Source: Oscillospiraceae bacterium (GTDB lineage Bacteria; Bacillota; Clostridia; Oscillospirales; Ruminococcaceae). From it: a DNA stretch of 64,000 nucleotides. Position 1 is the stretch's first letter. Each line of letters opens with the position of its first letter. Below the pieces are notes generated by a model. It ran no database searches and was not told where the DNA came from. It worked only from the letters and a program-made list of their open reading frames with translations. The position numbers were made by a program, and so were the translations under genes. Location of the stretch: assembly GCA_009778115.1 (NCBI GenBank), contig WRKL01000001.1, forward strand, positions 1 to 64,000, written 5' to 3'. Below, piece after piece: positions 27,716-39,127 of this stretch.

Positions 27716-28882
27716 TTACCTAATCATGCGTTTTTTATGAATATAAACCGACAGTGCTGTCCCGAGCGCGATAAAATTAGCAAGCATGGACGAACCGCCG
27801 TAAGACAAAAACGGCATAGGGTTACCCATAACCGGGAACAATGAAACGCACATACCCAGATTATACACTGCCGGAAACGCAAACATAGCGAAAATACCCG
27901 CGAATACCGCCTTACCTTGGATGTCAGCGCATTGGATAGCGTTATACAGAAGCCGTAAGCAGAGTGTCAGCATAACGACAATAAAAACCAACGCGCCGGC
28001 AAGACCTAAAGATTCCGCTAAAAAACTGAAAATAAAATCGGAATGAATTTCCGGAACGTGTACATGGTCGCCGGAAAAGACACCCTTGCCGAATAATTCC
28101 CCTGTCCCCATCGCCATCCTTGCCTGCTGCTGCTGGTACATATATTCACGAAGTTGATTCGCCGCTGTTTCCGAAAGATTGTTTTCGTCAAGCGATGTTA
28201 TAAGTGCGAGAATCCGTAATTTTTGAAAATCCTGTAAAATATATGTCCAGAAAACAGGAATCGCAGCGGCGGCAACGGCGGCAATTCCAACTATATATTT
28301 CCAATTCAAACCGCAAATTATAAGCATACATAAAAATATTATGCTTATACTCAAGGCTGTTCCGTCGTCACCCTGCAAGTGTATCAGCAATACCGGGAAC
28401 GCACCGTGCATAAAAAGCAGCAATATATTTTTCGGATGATTAAGTTCTTTATGTACAAAATAAATATGGTACGCAAACGTCAGAATAAAAGATATTTTTA
28501 AAAATTCCGTGGGCTGGACCGTTGCTCCGACAAAAGGAACGGATAACCAGCGTTTGTCTTCCAAGCGGCCTTCCGCTCCAACACCAAAGAAAAAAGTAGC
28601 GAACACCGCCAAATAACATAACGCATAATGAAATTTCCAGCTTTTGACCAAAATTTCGTAGTCTATAAAGGACAAAGAAACCGCAAAAATTATTCCCAGC
28701 CCTACTGCCGCGCATTGCACTAAAAAAGAACGCTGATCAAAACGCAGTAACGCAACATAATCCGTGTTCAAAATACCCGCCAGCAAAATCACACTGCAAA
28801 AAGACAGTGCGATACAAGCTATCAGTAACACCCTGTCTGTCTTTTTTATATACGCAACCGACATACCCAATATCCTTTTCAC
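27716..28882 (-). CDS. SEDS-family peptidoglycan glycosyltransferase (FtsW/RodA/SpoVE)
   Basis: It has 10 TM segments. The block FPAVYNLGMCVSLFPVMGNPMPFLSYGGSS matches the SEDS C-terminal signature. Confidence 0.85.
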   Translation of the reverse strand: MKRILGMSVAYIKKTDRVLLIACIALSFCSVILLAGILNTDYVALLRFDQRSFLVQCAAVGLGIIFAVSLSFIDYEILVKSWKFHYALCYLAVFATFFFGVGAEGRLEDKRWLSVPFVGATVQPTEFLKISFILTFAYHIYFVHKELNHPKNILLLFMHGAFPVLLIHLQGDDGTALSISIIFLCMLIICGLNWKYIVGIAAVAAAAIPVFWTYILQDFQKLRILALITSLDENNLSETAANQLREYMYQQQQARMAMGTGELFGKGVFSGDHVHVPEIHSDFIFSFLAESLGLAGALVFIVVMLTLCLRLLYNAIQCADIQGKAVFAGIFAMFAFPAVYNLGMCVSLFPVMGNPMPFLSYGGSSMLANFIALGTALSVYIHKKRMIR

Positions 28883-29691
28883 CTGGAGAGATCGTCCTCC
28901 TTTGAATCAATGTTTTCGGTATTGATAATCTTGAAGAAAAAGCCTAAGTGATCCCGATATTCTTTTTTCCCTTTTTCAGACTTTTCTTCTGTTCTGAGAT
29001 CGCGTGCGGATATTGTCAATTCTTTTTTAAGCTTTTCTACCAATTCTTCGATTTGCGGACTGCATTCATCCGCCGCCCCCCGTGCGCATTTGCAGCTTAT
29101 TACATCTTTTAGCGCGGTTTGCTCCAGTAAAAATCTGTCTTTACCATCGACATCAACAAAAAAGTCCGGTTTTCTCTCTTTGATGAATTTGTATTTGGAA
29201 TCATCAAGAATATACAGAATATCGCTTGATGAAGTCAGCGAAGCCGTAAACATTATATCCGAAGAGTTAGCCCTGCCCGCGGCAGACTTTTGGATTTCGA
29301 CACCAAAGGGTATTATATCCAGCAAGATGTTCGTTTTTCCGTCGCCGTCGTAGTCCGCGGCATTTTCTTCAATCTTTCGGGTCAAAACATCCCGGTACCT
29401 CAGTTCTTTTGCATCAAGATATGTTTCCGCCGCAACAACCACTGTTAAATCGTACTTATCCCGAAAAAAAGTTTCGCTTATAAAAAAGGTCAGCAAAACA
29501 ACGGCGGTAACCGCTCCCAGCGTAGCTAAGGCATAATAATAACAATAGTGCTTCCATTTTTCCTTGAATGTTTTGGGCGGCACAATCTTATACACATCAT
29601 CAGGGTTTTCAAAAACATTTTCGCCCTGACCTTGTTTCAGTTTTTTGAGCGCTATCAAATCGTCCCTGTATTTACGTTCTTTTTCGTCCAC
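28879..29691 (-). CDS. Hypothetical single-pass membrane protein (Cys-rich C-terminal region)
   Basis: It is a 270-aa ORF with one TM segment. Its stop overlaps the start of the SEDS gene by 4 nt. No recognisable domain was found. Confidence 0.45.
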   Translation of the reverse strand: MDEKERKYRDDLIALKKLKQGQGENVFENPDDVYKIVPPKTFKEKWKHYCYYYALATLGAVTAVVLLTFFISETFFRDKYDLTVVVAAETYLDAKELRYRDVLTRKIEENAADYDGDGKTNILLDIIPFGVEIQKSAAGRANSSDIMFTASLTSSSDILYILDDSKYKFIKERKPDFFVDVDGKDRFLLEQTALKDVISCKCARGAADECSPQIEELVEKLKKELTISARDLRTEEKSEKGKKEYRDHLGFFFKIINTENIDSKEDDLSR

Positions 29692-29720
29692 GTTACACTC
29701 CGCAAATCATTTTTTTATAA

Positions 29721-29863
29721 TAGACCTCCTCGAAAACTACTTCGCGACGTACACACGGTGTTAATTTATCCTCAAATTTCCATAATATTCTCGTCAAAAT
29801 TGCCTTGTTTGACGAAAAATCATCTGTGTTCATGCATCACGTTTTAATTTCCGAGGAGGTCTA
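29721..29863. mobile_element. Copy D of the MITE-like repeat (reverse orientation)
   Basis: It has the same TIRs and core. It lies between lysS and the hypothetical gene. The right end carries an extra partial duplication (GAGGTCTA repeated 16 nt further on). Confidence 0.75.
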
Positions 29864-29896
29864 ATGAAGCTTTTATGAGGTCTATTGATAATTATA

Positions 29897-31453
29897 TTAT
29901 GAGTTCAGAGAATGCAGAGAGTGCAGATTTTTAGGTTTCAATGTGGGGAACAGTAATACATCCCGGATAGACATACTGTTGGTCAGTAGCATTATCAGCC
30001 GGTCTATGCCTATACCCATCCCGCCCGCCGGCGGCATTCCGTACTCCAGCGCGCAGAGAAAATCCTCGTCCACATCGCACGCCTCATCATCACCCGCACT
30101 TCGTAGCGCCGCTTGCTCCTCGAAACGTTTACGCTGGTCGATCGGGTCGTTAAGCTCAGAAAAAGCGTTGGCGTGTTCCCTTCCTACTATAAACAACTCA
30201 AAACGTTCGGTAAGTTCGCCGTTTTCACTTTTGCGTTTTGCCAGCGGAGAAATATCCACGGGATAATCCGTGATAAACGTCGGCTGTATTAGCTTGTGTT
30301 CGGCGTATTTTTCAAAAAACAGGTTTAATATATCACCCTTTTTATGTGTTTGCTTATATTCTATATCGTGTTCTTTGCACAGTTTATGCGCCGTGCACAT
30401 ATCAGAAATATCATTAAAATCTACACCCGCGTGTTCCCTGACCGCATCGGTCATCGTAATTTTCTTGAAAGGAACACCAAAATCCAGCAAAACATCGCCG
30501 TATTGTACCTGTGTTGTTCCGAGTACGGTCTGCGCCGCGGTGCGTATCAAATTTTCCGCCAGATCCATCATACCCTTGTAATCGGTGTATGCCTGATAAA
30601 GCTCAAGCATAGTGAATTCCGGGTTGTGCTGTATCGAGATCCCTTCATTTCGGAAGTTTCTGCCAATTTCATATACCCTGTCGAACCCGCCCACAATAAG
30701 TCTTTTCAAATAAAGCTCTGGTGCTATCCTCATATATAAATCAAGATCAAGGGTATTGTGGTGGGTAGTAAATGGTCTGGCATACCCCCCACCCGGAATT
30801 TTTTGCAATATTGGTGTTTCCACTTCCAAAAAACCCCTGCTATCCAGAAAGCGGCGAATTTCACGGACTATAAGGCTGCGCTTTTGAAATGTTTCGCGGA
30901 CATTCGAATTTATGATCAAGTCCAAATATCGCTGACGATAGCGAAGCTCGGTGTCCCGCAGCCCATGAAATTTTTCGGGCAGCGGCAGCAGCGATTTAGA
31001 AAGCAGGGTCAGCTTTCCGGCTTTAATGGAAATTTCACCCCTGCGCGTTCTGAATACCTCTCCCTTAATCCCTGCTATGTCGCCTATATCCCACAATCTT
31101 AAATCGCTGTAGGCTTGTTCACCGATTTCGTTTACCCTAATATAAATTTGTATTCTTCCCGTGGCATCGGACAAATCCATAAAACTCGCTTTACCCATAT
31201 CGCGCTTTGACATTATCCGTCCCGCTGCACAAACCTCGGTATTTTCAAGCCGCTCGAAATTCGCATGAATATCGCCGGCAAAGGCTGTGACGCCGAATTC
31301 TGTTATCGCATATGGATCCATTCCTCCGTCCGCCAGCTCTTTCAGCTTGCTCCGCCGTATCTGCGAAAGCTCATTTATATCCTGGTTTTGAACCTCATTA
31401 TTATTTATTTCTTCATTCAAATTAAAACACCCCGCTAAAAATATTAACTTCAA
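29897..31453 (-). CDS. lysS: Lysine--tRNA ligase (class II)
   Basis: It has an OB anticodon-binding domain and class II motifs ([15 protein letters not shown]). The annotated start is TTG. An in-frame TTG at ~31420 that begins LNEEINN is an alternative. Confidence 0.9.
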   Translation of the reverse strand: MKLIFLAGCFNLNEEINNNEVQNQDINELSQIRRSKLKELADGGMDPYAITEFGVTAFAGDIHANFERLENTEVCAAGRIMSKRDMGKASFMDLSDATGRIQIYIRVNEIGEQAYSDLRLWDIGDIAGIKGEVFRTRRGEISIKAGKLTLLSKSLLPLPEKFHGLRDTELRYRQRYLDLIINSNVRETFQKRSLIVREIRRFLDSRGFLEVETPILQKIPGGGYARPFTTHHNTLDLDLYMRIAPELYLKRLIVGGFDRVYEIGRNFRNEGISIQHNPEFTMLELYQAYTDYKGMMDLAENLIRTAAQTVLGTTQVQYGDVLLDFGVPFKKITMTDAVREHAGVDFNDISDMCTAHKLCKEHDIEYKQTHKKGDILNLFFEKYAEHKLIQPTFITDYPVDISPLAKRKSENGELTERFELFIVGREHANAFSELNDPIDQRKRFEEQAALRSAGDDEACDVDEDFLCALEYGMPPAGGMGIGIDRLIMLLTNSMSIRDVLLFPTLKPKNLHSLHSLNS

Positions 31454-31479
31454 GCTCCGGAATAGAGACCCTCATAAAT

Positions 31480-31953
31480 TTATTTTGATATTTCCAAGAT
31501 TTCATATGTGATTTTTCCTGCCGGGATTTCAATATCCACTATTTTCCCGGCTTTTTTGCCTATCAGTTCTTTACCTATAGGAGATTCGTCTGAAATTTTA
31601 TTTTCGAAAGGATCGGATTCGGTAGAGCCCACAATATGATAATTTTCGATCTCGCCCGTTTCGACTTCCTTTACTTTTACTTTGGAGCCTATATTCACCG
31701 TATCGGTGGTCAGCTCATCTTCGTCGAGTATTACAACGTTTTTCAACATAGCTTCAACAACGGCTATGCGTGTTTCTACCATGGCTTGCTCGTTCTTAGC
31801 TTCGTCATATTCGCTGTTTTCGGACAAGTCGCCAAAACTCAGCGCAATTTTAATCTTTTCGGCAACTTCTTTGCGTTTAACGGTTTTCAATTCTTCCAAT
31901 TCGGTTTCTAATTTTCGCAATCCCTCTTCGGTCAATACTATTTGCTTATTCAT
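31480..31953 (-). CDS. greA: Transcription elongation factor GreA
   Basis: It is 157 aa. It has a coiled-coil N-terminus with the acidic tip SENSEYDE, and an FKBP-like C-terminus. The greA-lysS adjacency is conserved in Firmicutes. Confidence 0.9.
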   Translation of the reverse strand: MNKQIVLTEEGLRKLETELEELKTVKRKEVAEKIKIALSFGDLSENSEYDEAKNEQAMVETRIAVVEAMLKNVVILDEDELTTDTVNIGSKVKVKEVETGEIENYHIVGSTESDPFENKISDESPIGKELIGKKAGKIVDIEIPAGKITYEILEISK

Positions 31954-31976
31954 CGGTAATTCTCCTCTTTAATTTA

Positions 31977-33188
31977 TTATTTCTTGAAATTAAGAATTTC
32001 GATCGCTTTTTCTATTTGGGGATCGGACTCTTCAAGCATGATTCCGCTTGCAAGATCCTGCTCCTGCTCTAATGTAAGCGCTACTTCGTAATGCGGAACG
32101 ATTCCTACTTCGTGAAAATTTTCGCCCAGCGGTGAATTATACTTTGCTATTGTCATTTGCACCGCAGAACCGTCTTTAAGCTTCATCGTCGCCTGCATTA
32201 CTCCTTTACCGTAGGTCGTTGTTCCGATAAAGTCTGCTTTTTCGTAGTCTTTTAATGCGGCTATCATCAATTCGGCAGCACTGGCGGAAAGTCCGTTACC
32301 CAGCACGGTTATCGGCAGCGATTCTTCTCTTCTGCCGTCCGAGCTTTGAACGATGACCGTTCTTCCGTCTTTGTATTCAGCGAATGCTATAGGGCCCTCG
32401 GGTAATATATTTTTCAGCACTTCGCACACACCCGTAAGATCGCCGCCGGGATTATTTCGCAAATCAATAATAATTCCGGTCGCGCCTTTTTGTTTGCAAT
32501 CCTTTATAGCGTTATTGTATTGGTCTGCCGTTTTTTTATTAAAAACATTTATTTTTATATAAGCGGCATCGCCGATCATTTTATATTTTATTGAATCAAT
32601 AGTTATCTCCCGGCGTGTCATGGTATACTCCGTGTCCGTATTATCCCGCCTTATCCGCAGTGTTATCCGTGCGCCCTGTTCTCCCTGAATCATCGCCGTA
32701 ACTTCTTCCGCGCTAAATTGGCTCAGGTCTTCCCGGTCAACTTCAATTATAAGATCGCCGGCCGCAAGCCCTTCTTCCTGCGCGGGTGAATTATCATACA
32801 GACTTTCAATTTTAAAATATCCGCTTTCATCCTTGCTTATCGTTATACCCACGCCTACCAGCACCCCGTTGATTATCTGTTCGTGGTTTTGCAGTTCCTT
32901 CAAATTAAAATACCGTGCGAAATTATCGCCCATGCCTTCGACGTAACCCCGCGCCAATGAATCATATAATTCCTCGTCCTCAATATCCCATAAAAATTCA
33001 GATCGCACAATAGCATCAATGTTTGCCACTTTTTCAAATATCTTTTCGCGTTCTGTCAGATTTACTATTTTTGTATTAAAATAGTTCATAGAAAACATAA
33101 CGCTTAAGGTAAACGTAATGGCGGCAATTACCGCCATGAATGTGATTGCCGCTCCTAACGATATTTTTTTATTCATAACGCACGCCAT
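31977..33188 (-). CDS. ctpA: Carboxyl-terminal processing protease (S41 family, with a PDZ domain)
   Basis: It has a PDZ block (GLAAGDLIIEVD) and the S41 catalytic region (GNGLSASAAE ... K). There is an N-terminal TM segment. Confidence 0.85.
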   Translation of the reverse strand: MACVMNKKISLGAAITFMAVIAAITFTLSVMFSMNYFNTKIVNLTEREKIFEKVANIDAIVRSEFLWDIEDEELYDSLARGYVEGMGDNFARYFNLKELQNHEQIINGVLVGVGITISKDESGYFKIESLYDNSPAQEEGLAAGDLIIEVDREDLSQFSAEEVTAMIQGEQGARITLRIRRDNTDTEYTMTRREITIDSIKYKMIGDAAYIKINVFNKKTADQYNNAIKDCKQKGATGIIIDLRNNPGGDLTGVCEVLKNILPEGPIAFAEYKDGRTVIVQSSDGRREESLPITVLGNGLSASAAELMIAALKDYEKADFIGTTTYGKGVMQATMKLKDGSAVQMTIAKYNSPLGENFHEVGIVPHYEVALTLEQEQDLASGIMLEESDPQIEKAIEILNFKK

Positions 33189-33279
33189 ACACCAAGCTGC
33201 ACAGAAATCCCTGAACCGGCTTGGTTCCTTTCCTGAGTATTTTTCGCGCCGCTCTCCATCCCTTTATCATTTTAAATTA

Positions 33280-34458
33280 TTATCCTCCGTATCTAACATG
33301 ATTTAAAGGGTTGACCGCAGCGCCGTTGATCCGTATTTCGAAATGAAGATGGGAACCGGTGGAAAAACCCGTATTTCCTACATAAGCGATAACCTGCCCT
33401 TTTGCGACTGATTGTCCTACCGATGCGGCGATGCTGCTGCAATGCGCGTACAACGTTACTTTTCCGCCGCCGTGGTCAACCATTATGTATCTTCCGTATA
33501 CACCGCTCGAAGCCACCGAAATTACAGTTCCGGAATTTGCCGCTATTATAGATTTTCCGTGAATCGACTGACCCGAAGAATTTCTGCCCGCTATGTCCAT
33601 CCCCCAATGGCGGTTACTGCCGCGGGGTTCCCCGAAATAGGAGGAAATGGAAGCGAATCCGGGTACCGGCCAGATAAATTCACCGCCCACATAATTTTTC
33701 TTTCCGCTTGATTTCATTGCCCTTTCTATTGCGGCTTTTATTTCCCTATCCAGCTTTTCCATTTCTTTGGCTGTTTTTTCTATATCCAGGGTGTATTTGT
33801 CCTGCTGATGCTTCAAAACATCCTGATATTCTTTGGATTTTCTGTAATTAATGTTTAGCTGCCGCCGGTCGTCGTTCAGCGTGTTCCGGTTTTGCTCGAG
33901 AATTTTCTTTTCATCATCCAATGACTTTTTTGTCCGTTCCAGTGATTTTTTTTGTTTTTCCAGCTTTTCCAGCATTTTCCGGTCGTGGTCGGACACGCGC
34001 TCCGCCATATCCGTGCGGGACACAAACTGCGCAAAACTTTCCGAGCTCAACAACACTTCAAGCAGAGAATCGCTGCCCGACATATACATAGAGCGTAACC
34101 GTTCCTTGAACAAATCAAGGGTATCCTCGATATCTCGCTGTTTTGCGGAAATTTCTTTTTTCTTAAGGTCTATTTTTTTTATAGTTTCGGATATTTCCCT
34201 GTCTTTGGTCGTTATTTTTTCCGCAATAACCTGTATTTGATCGTTTAAAAGCTTTTGATACTCCTCCTGATCCTCCTGTCCCTGCTTTTTTTGGTCGATC
34301 TGCCTTTGTAACTCTTTTTGCTTTTGTTCGAGATTTTTATATTTATTTTGCATTTGTGAAACGGTATTGGCCCCGGCACCCAAAGACATAGCTGATGCGA
34401 GTACCGCCATTATTAAAACAACCGAAACGGTTTTTATTAATGATTTATATTTTTTCAC
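33280..34458 (-). CDS. M23-family peptidase with a long N-terminal coiled coil (EnvC/PcsB-like)
   Basis: HWGMDIA and GSHLHFEIR are M23 zinc motifs. About 250 aa of Lys/Glu/Gln-rich coiled coil precede them. The gene is downstream of ftsEX. Confidence 0.8.
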   Translation of the reverse strand: MKKYKSLIKTVSVVLIMAVLASAMSLGAGANTVSQMQNKYKNLEQKQKELQRQIDQKKQGQEDQEEYQKLLNDQIQVIAEKITTKDREISETIKKIDLKKKEISAKQRDIEDTLDLFKERLRSMYMSGSDSLLEVLLSSESFAQFVSRTDMAERVSDHDRKMLEKLEKQKKSLERTKKSLDDEKKILEQNRNTLNDDRRQLNINYRKSKEYQDVLKHQQDKYTLDIEKTAKEMEKLDREIKAAIERAMKSSGKKNYVGGEFIWPVPGFASISSYFGEPRGSNRHWGMDIAGRNSSGQSIHGKSIIAANSGTVISVASSGVYGRYIMVDHGGGKVTLYAHCSSIAASVGQSVAKGQVIAYVGNTGFSTGSHLHFEIRINGAAVNPLNHVRYGG

Positions 34459-34481
34459 TACGGTTACACCTCTCTGAAATT

Positions 34482-35381
34482 TTATACTTTCAAATAACTG
34501 CGCAAACTAAGCACGCTCGAAATAACGCCCGTAACCAGACCACCGCTTGCAAAATAGAGGATTATTTGCCCTCTCATGACTTCGAGCGATGCCATATTAT
34601 CGAAAAAGCCGGTCAGAAACGGCGAATTGCTCAGTCCCATGGAGTTTGAAAGCTGCGCATACGAAAAATGCAGTAACCCAAACGCTAACCCGGCGGCTAT
34701 CAATCCGATTACGGCTCCCTCTATAATAAAGGGTATGCGGATAAAGTTGTCGGTAGCGCCCACTTGTTTCATAATCCCTATTTCGGTACGGCGCGCAAAA
34801 ACCGATGCTCGGATAGTGTTGGATATAACGATAACCGAAATTATCACAAGCGCGATAATCGCCACTATGCTGAACGAGCTTACCGCATTCCTTATATTTA
34901 CCAGCGTATTTGCGAAATCTTCGGGTATTCTCATCGCTTCATGTATATCAAGTTGTCCCGCCAGCGCCCTAAACTCCGATATATCGGATAAATTTTCGAC
35001 TGTGATTCTGAAAGATGCGGGAAACACATCCTCAAGTCCGGTCAGCAAATAACCCTTATCCCCCAATGCCTCCTGCTGTTCCAGAAACGCTTCCTGCTTG
35101 GTGGTATGTATCAAACCGGTCACATTTTCGCAGCCCAAAAACGCTCCGCGCGCCTGTTCAATTTTTTCCTCAGAAACATCATCCCTTATAAAAAGAACGA
35201 TTTCAACCTGACCCTCGATATATTTCATCATAGAATTAAGGCTTGCCGATATTAATATTGTAAACCCCAAAATCAGCAAACAAGCGGACAGAATGCCCAC
35301 CGATGCAACCGACATCAAACGATTAATCCATATGTTCTTCAGTCCTTCTTTGCTGAGATAACCTATACTGCTGCCTTTCAT
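34482..35381 (-). CDS. ftsX: Cell-division ABC transporter permease FtsX
   Basis: It shows the FtsX topology: TM1, a large extracytoplasmic loop, and a C-terminal 3-TM FtsX domain. It is adjacent to ftsE. Confidence 0.85.
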   Translation of the reverse strand: MKGSSIGYLSKEGLKNIWINRLMSVASVGILSACLLILGFTILISASLNSMMKYIEGQVEIVLFIRDDVSEEKIEQARGAFLGCENVTGLIHTTKQEAFLEQQEALGDKGYLLTGLEDVFPASFRITVENLSDISEFRALAGQLDIHEAMRIPEDFANTLVNIRNAVSSFSIVAIIALVIISVIVISNTIRASVFARRTEIGIMKQVGATDNFIRIPFIIEGAVIGLIAAGLAFGLLHFSYAQLSNSMGLSNSPFLTGFFDNMASLEVMRGQIILYFASGGLVTGVISSVLSLRSYLKV

Positions 35382-35387
35382 GTATAA

Positions 35388-36098
35388 TTACCTTCTGTTA
35401 TTTTTGTTAATGACACCGTCATAATCAATTTTTCCGTCTTCAATGCTGATGGTTCGCCCACCGAAATATCTCACAACATCGTGTTCATGCGTAACCATCA
35501 TGATCGTTGTTCCGCAATAGCTGTTGATGCGGCGAAGAAGTTCTACTATCTGCAAGGATAACTCCGGGTCGATGTTGCCCGTAGGCTCGTCCGCTACCAA
35601 CAAAGGCGGATCTATCGCAAGCGCGCGCGCAATAGCGACACGCTGCTGTTCGCCGCCCGAAAGCTCACGCGGATACATTTTCGCTTTATCCTCGAGTTGC
35701 ACCAACTTTAACACATAAGGCACATGGGTGCGTATAAAACGGCTGGAATGGTTAGTCACACGCAACGAGAACGCTACGTTGTCAAAAACATTCATTGTTT
35801 TGATCAAACGAAAATCCTGAAACACCATACCGACCGACCGACGAAACTTGGGCAGATGTTTCCGCTTAAGCTGACCCAGATTAAATCCGTTTACTACAAC
35901 TTTACCCGAAGTTGGCAGCGTTTCACGGGTGAGCAGTTTGAGCATCGAACTTTTACCCGCACCCGAAGAACCGATGACAAAAACAAACTCTCCTTTAGCC
36001 ACACTCAAGCTGACGTTCTTCAACGCCGTAAAACCGTTATCATAAACAAACGTTACATTTTTCAGATCTATCAAAATATTATATCCTTCTTGCTTCAT
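35388..36098 (-). CDS. ftsE: Cell-division ATP-binding protein FtsE
   Basis: It has Walker A (GSSGAGKSS), the signature LSGGEQQR, and Walker B ([10 protein letters not shown]). Confidence 0.9.
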   Translation of the reverse strand: MKQEGYNILIDLKNVTFVYDNGFTALKNVSLSVAKGEFVFVIGSSGAGKSSMLKLLTRETLPTSGKVVVNGFNLGQLKRKHLPKFRRSVGMVFQDFRLIKTMNVFDNVAFSLRVTNHSSRFIRTHVPYVLKLVQLEDKAKMYPRELSGGEQQRVAIARALAIDPPLLVADEPTGNIDPELSLQIVELLRRINSYCGTTIMMVTHEHDVVRYFGGRTISIEDGKIDYDGVINKNNRR

Positions 36099-37167
36099 TC
36101 GCGGATAAATATTTTTGTACCATCATTGCAATTTTAAACACGATGGCATGATCGAATTCACGCAGATCAAGTCCGGTAAGTTTCTTGATTTTTTCCAGCC
36201 GGTATACCAGCGTGTTCCGATGCACAAACAACTTCCGCGAAGTTTCCGAAACATTCAAACTATTTTCGAAAAACTTCTGTATAGTGAACATGGTTTCGTG
36301 ATCCAGCGACTCTATCGAGCCTTTTTTGAAAACTTCACGCAAAAACGTGGAGCAAAGGGTCGTGGGAAGTTGATATATGAGCCGCGCTATTCCTAAATTG
36401 CTGTAATTGACGATGGGGGTTTCGGTATCAAAAACCTTACCGACTTCAAGCGCTAACTGTGCTTCCTTAAACGAAAAAGCCAGATCCTTGACCCCTACCA
36501 CGATACTTCCGATACCTATAAGTGATTTTGTGTAAAATTCGCCGGAAAGCGTATCTACAATGGAATGAGCCAGCTTTTCCAGATCACGGGGCTCGATACC
36601 CTCTTTTATTTCCTTGATAAGCACAATATCGTTTTCACTTATCGTAAAGACAAAATCTTTTTGTTTATCCGGAAAAAGGTTCTGTATAACGTCCACCGCG
36701 GAAATATCGTTAATCGAGTGGATTTTTATAAAAAACACCACTCTGCTGACATCGGTGTTGAAGTGCAGTTCCCGCGCTTTGATAAATATATCGCCGGGCA
36801 GCACATTGTCCAGTACCACGTTCTTGATAAAATTATTACGATCGAATTTTTCATCGTAGTAATGTTTCAATTCGGCTATTGATACCGCCAGTGCCGCGAC
36901 CAGCTGTTCATCCGAAGGCTCCTCACCCTCCACAAATACTGCGTATTTTAAATCCGGACCATCTATGAAAGATTTGTAGGTATACCCTTCCAACTGGAAG
37001 ACTTCTGTGTTTTCAAGTGATGCCGGAGTCAAAAATGAATTTGTCAGCGCAAGTCTGGACATATCGCTGCAAGCGATAATCGTTGCGGATTCGTCAATAA
37101 TGCCTACCGTTTTTCCAAGCGCTTTTTGCATTTGAAACGTAAAGTTTTGATAAAGCTTATTTGTCAT
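36079..37167 (-). CDS. PucR/CdaR-family transcriptional regulator
   Basis: The C-terminal PucR-type HTH is present (NVSETSRKLFVHRNTLVYRLEKIKKLTGLD). Its stop overlaps the ftsE start by 20 nt. Confidence 0.7.
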   Translation of the reverse strand: MTNKLYQNFTFQMQKALGKTVGIIDESATIIACSDMSRLALTNSFLTPASLENTEVFQLEGYTYKSFIDGPDLKYAVFVEGEEPSDEQLVAALAVSIAELKHYYDEKFDRNNFIKNVVLDNVLPGDIFIKARELHFNTDVSRVVFFIKIHSINDISAVDVIQNLFPDKQKDFVFTISENDIVLIKEIKEGIEPRDLEKLAHSIVDTLSGEFYTKSLIGIGSIVVGVKDLAFSFKEAQLALEVGKVFDTETPIVNYSNLGIARLIYQLPTTLCSTFLREVFKKGSIESLDHETMFTIQKFFENSLNVSETSRKLFVHRNTLVYRLEKIKKLTGLDLREFDHAIVFKIAMMVQKYLSANEARRI

Positions 37168-37390
37168 AGTATCATTCCACCCGTTTTCTGCCTATATGGC
37201 TTTTGTCATGCGGCATTTTAACGGCTTTTTAAACCGTTGTTCTTATTCTAATATAAATTATCCTAATTTGCAACCTTTTTTAAAAACTTAAAACATATGG
37301 AAAAACTTTCGCTTGAATTTTATCATAATATATGCTATTATAGTTCCGGATTGAAGTGGCTTACATATCTATTGCGAAGGATATTCACTT

Positions 37391-39124
37391 ATGCTTAAAA
37401 AATTTCTGGCAAGGCGCAATTCAAACAGTCATAAGTATAAGAAACTGAACATAGTGTTGATTTTAATCACCCCGCTGTATCTCTTACTTATGACTGAGCT
37501 GAACCAATGTCAAAGCTTTTTCAGGGTTGGGAAGTTTATCATTTCTTCAACCAGCGTGTTCTTGTTCAGCCTGCTTATTGTTAGCTTGATTTATGCCGCT
37601 CTGTTGTTTTTTACCAAAAAACTTTATGTTACAGCTCTTATCATGGGTTTGGGATTGTTTACTCTTTCCTGTATCGAATATTTTAAATATGTGACGACAG
37701 GAATGCATTTTATCCTACCTGATTTTATTCTGGCTCCCAATGCCGGCGAGCTGATAAAGTTTGCCCGTATTGTTGTTCCTGTCCAAATGGTTTTGATATT
37801 TATATCCTTTTTGGCGTATGTGGGTGTATGTTACTACCTCAAACCCGCAATTAACGTAAAACTTCGTTATAGCTTGCCTATTGGCGCGGGGGTGCTCATT
37901 CTTTTTGCAATTGTGGTCGCCACCCCTGTTTCGGGTGCGTTATATCGTTATTTTAATGTTATTGATGCGCAGAACGCTAATGCGATGACGGCGAAACGCC
38001 GTTTCGAAAATAATGAATTGGTTGCGTTTTTGACCACCGATATTTCCGATAAAATAGAAAACATCATGCGAAAACCCACAGGCTACAGCGAACAGAAAGT
38101 AAAAACTGCGCTTTTACCCGGGGAAAATTCCGTCCAAAGTTTAAAACCGAATATCATAATAATATTAAACGAAAGCCATACAGATCTGAGAATTCACGGT
38201 GAAAAGATCCCGGACGGCGTATATGACGGATATGACAAGGCCCGGGCGAACTCCGTAACCGGAATTACCGAAGTGCCGACCTACGGCGGGTATACGGTAC
38301 GCACTGAATTCGAACTGCTCCACGGTCTTCCGGTAAAATCCACCGGTAATTCTATTGCGCCCCACGGTCTGCTTCGAAACCGGTCTCATCCTACTATTGC
38401 GCGGTATCTTTCCGACAACGGGTACAATTCTGTTTTTATTCATCCGTTCAACGATATTACATATGACAGGGGAAAAGCTTACTCATATTACGGGTTCGAT
38501 TCGCTGAAATTCGACGGACAGCTGGACGTTTCCATTCCTGATTTTTACGGATACGCGGATGATAACGCTTTATATGATCAAATTATATTCGAAATGAAAA
38601 CCAGCTCCAAACCGTCGTTTATATTTGTCACCACCATGCAAAATCATCTCCCTTATACGGACGAAAAACTAGATGAATATGAATTCTATCTCCGGGGCAT
38701 ACAGCATACCAATAATGGTTTGGGTGAATTTATCAGCAGACTGGAAAATTTTGAACAGGACACCCTGCTTTTGTTTATGGGCGATCATCTTCCTTATTTT
38801 TCCGATATAAACAATTTTTATGACCGGAACGGTTTGTCAACGGGTGATATGCAAAAGATATATGAACAGCAATACCTGGTTTACAACAACTTCGGATTGA
38901 ATGTAACTTTGCCGCAAAATAAAATTTCAACTTTCTTTCTTCCGTATGTCTTAATTGATAATATCGGGCTGCCAAAATCGCCGCTTATCGCTACAATGCT
39001 GGACAAGATGAATAAAACCCCCGTATATTCAACTTCCACGGGTTTTGATGACGAGCTTTTGGATATGCTGACTTATGACCGGATTAAAGGCGGGAACTAT
39101 GCAGCGCGGACACCCTTGAATTAA
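37391..39124 (+). CDS. LTA-synthase-family protein (polytopic N-terminus plus an extracellular sulfatase-like, phosphoglycerol-transferase domain)
   Basis: It has 5 N-terminal TM helices, then an alkaline-phosphatase-superfamily domain (IIILNESHTD; MGDHLPY). Confidence 0.7.
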   Translation: MLKKFLARRNSNSHKYKKLNIVLILITPLYLLLMTELNQCQSFFRVGKFIISSTSVFLFSLLIVSLIYAALLFFTKKLYVTALIMGLGLFTLSCIEYFKYVTTGMHFILPDFILAPNAGELIKFARIVVPVQMVLIFISFLAYVGVCYYLKPAINVKLRYSLPIGAGVLILFAIVVATPVSGALYRYFNVIDAQNANAMTAKRRFENNELVAFLTTDISDKIENIMRKPTGYSEQKVKTALLPGENSVQSLKPNIIIILNESHTDLRIHGEKIPDGVYDGYDKARANSVTGITEVPTYGGYTVRTEFELLHGLPVKSTGNSIAPHGLLRNRSHPTIARYLSDNGYNSVFIHPFNDITYDRGKAYSYYGFDSLKFDGQLDVSIPDFYGYADDNALYDQIIFEMKTSSKPSFIFVTTMQNHLPYTDEKLDEYEFYLRGIQHTNNGLGEFISRLENFEQDTLLLFMGDHLPYFSDINNFYDRNGLSTGDMQKIYEQQYLVYNNFGLNVTLPQNKISTFFLPYVLIDNIGLPKSPLIATMLDKMNKTPVYSTSTGFDDELLDMLTYDRIKGGNYAARTPLN

Positions 39125-39127
39125 AAA

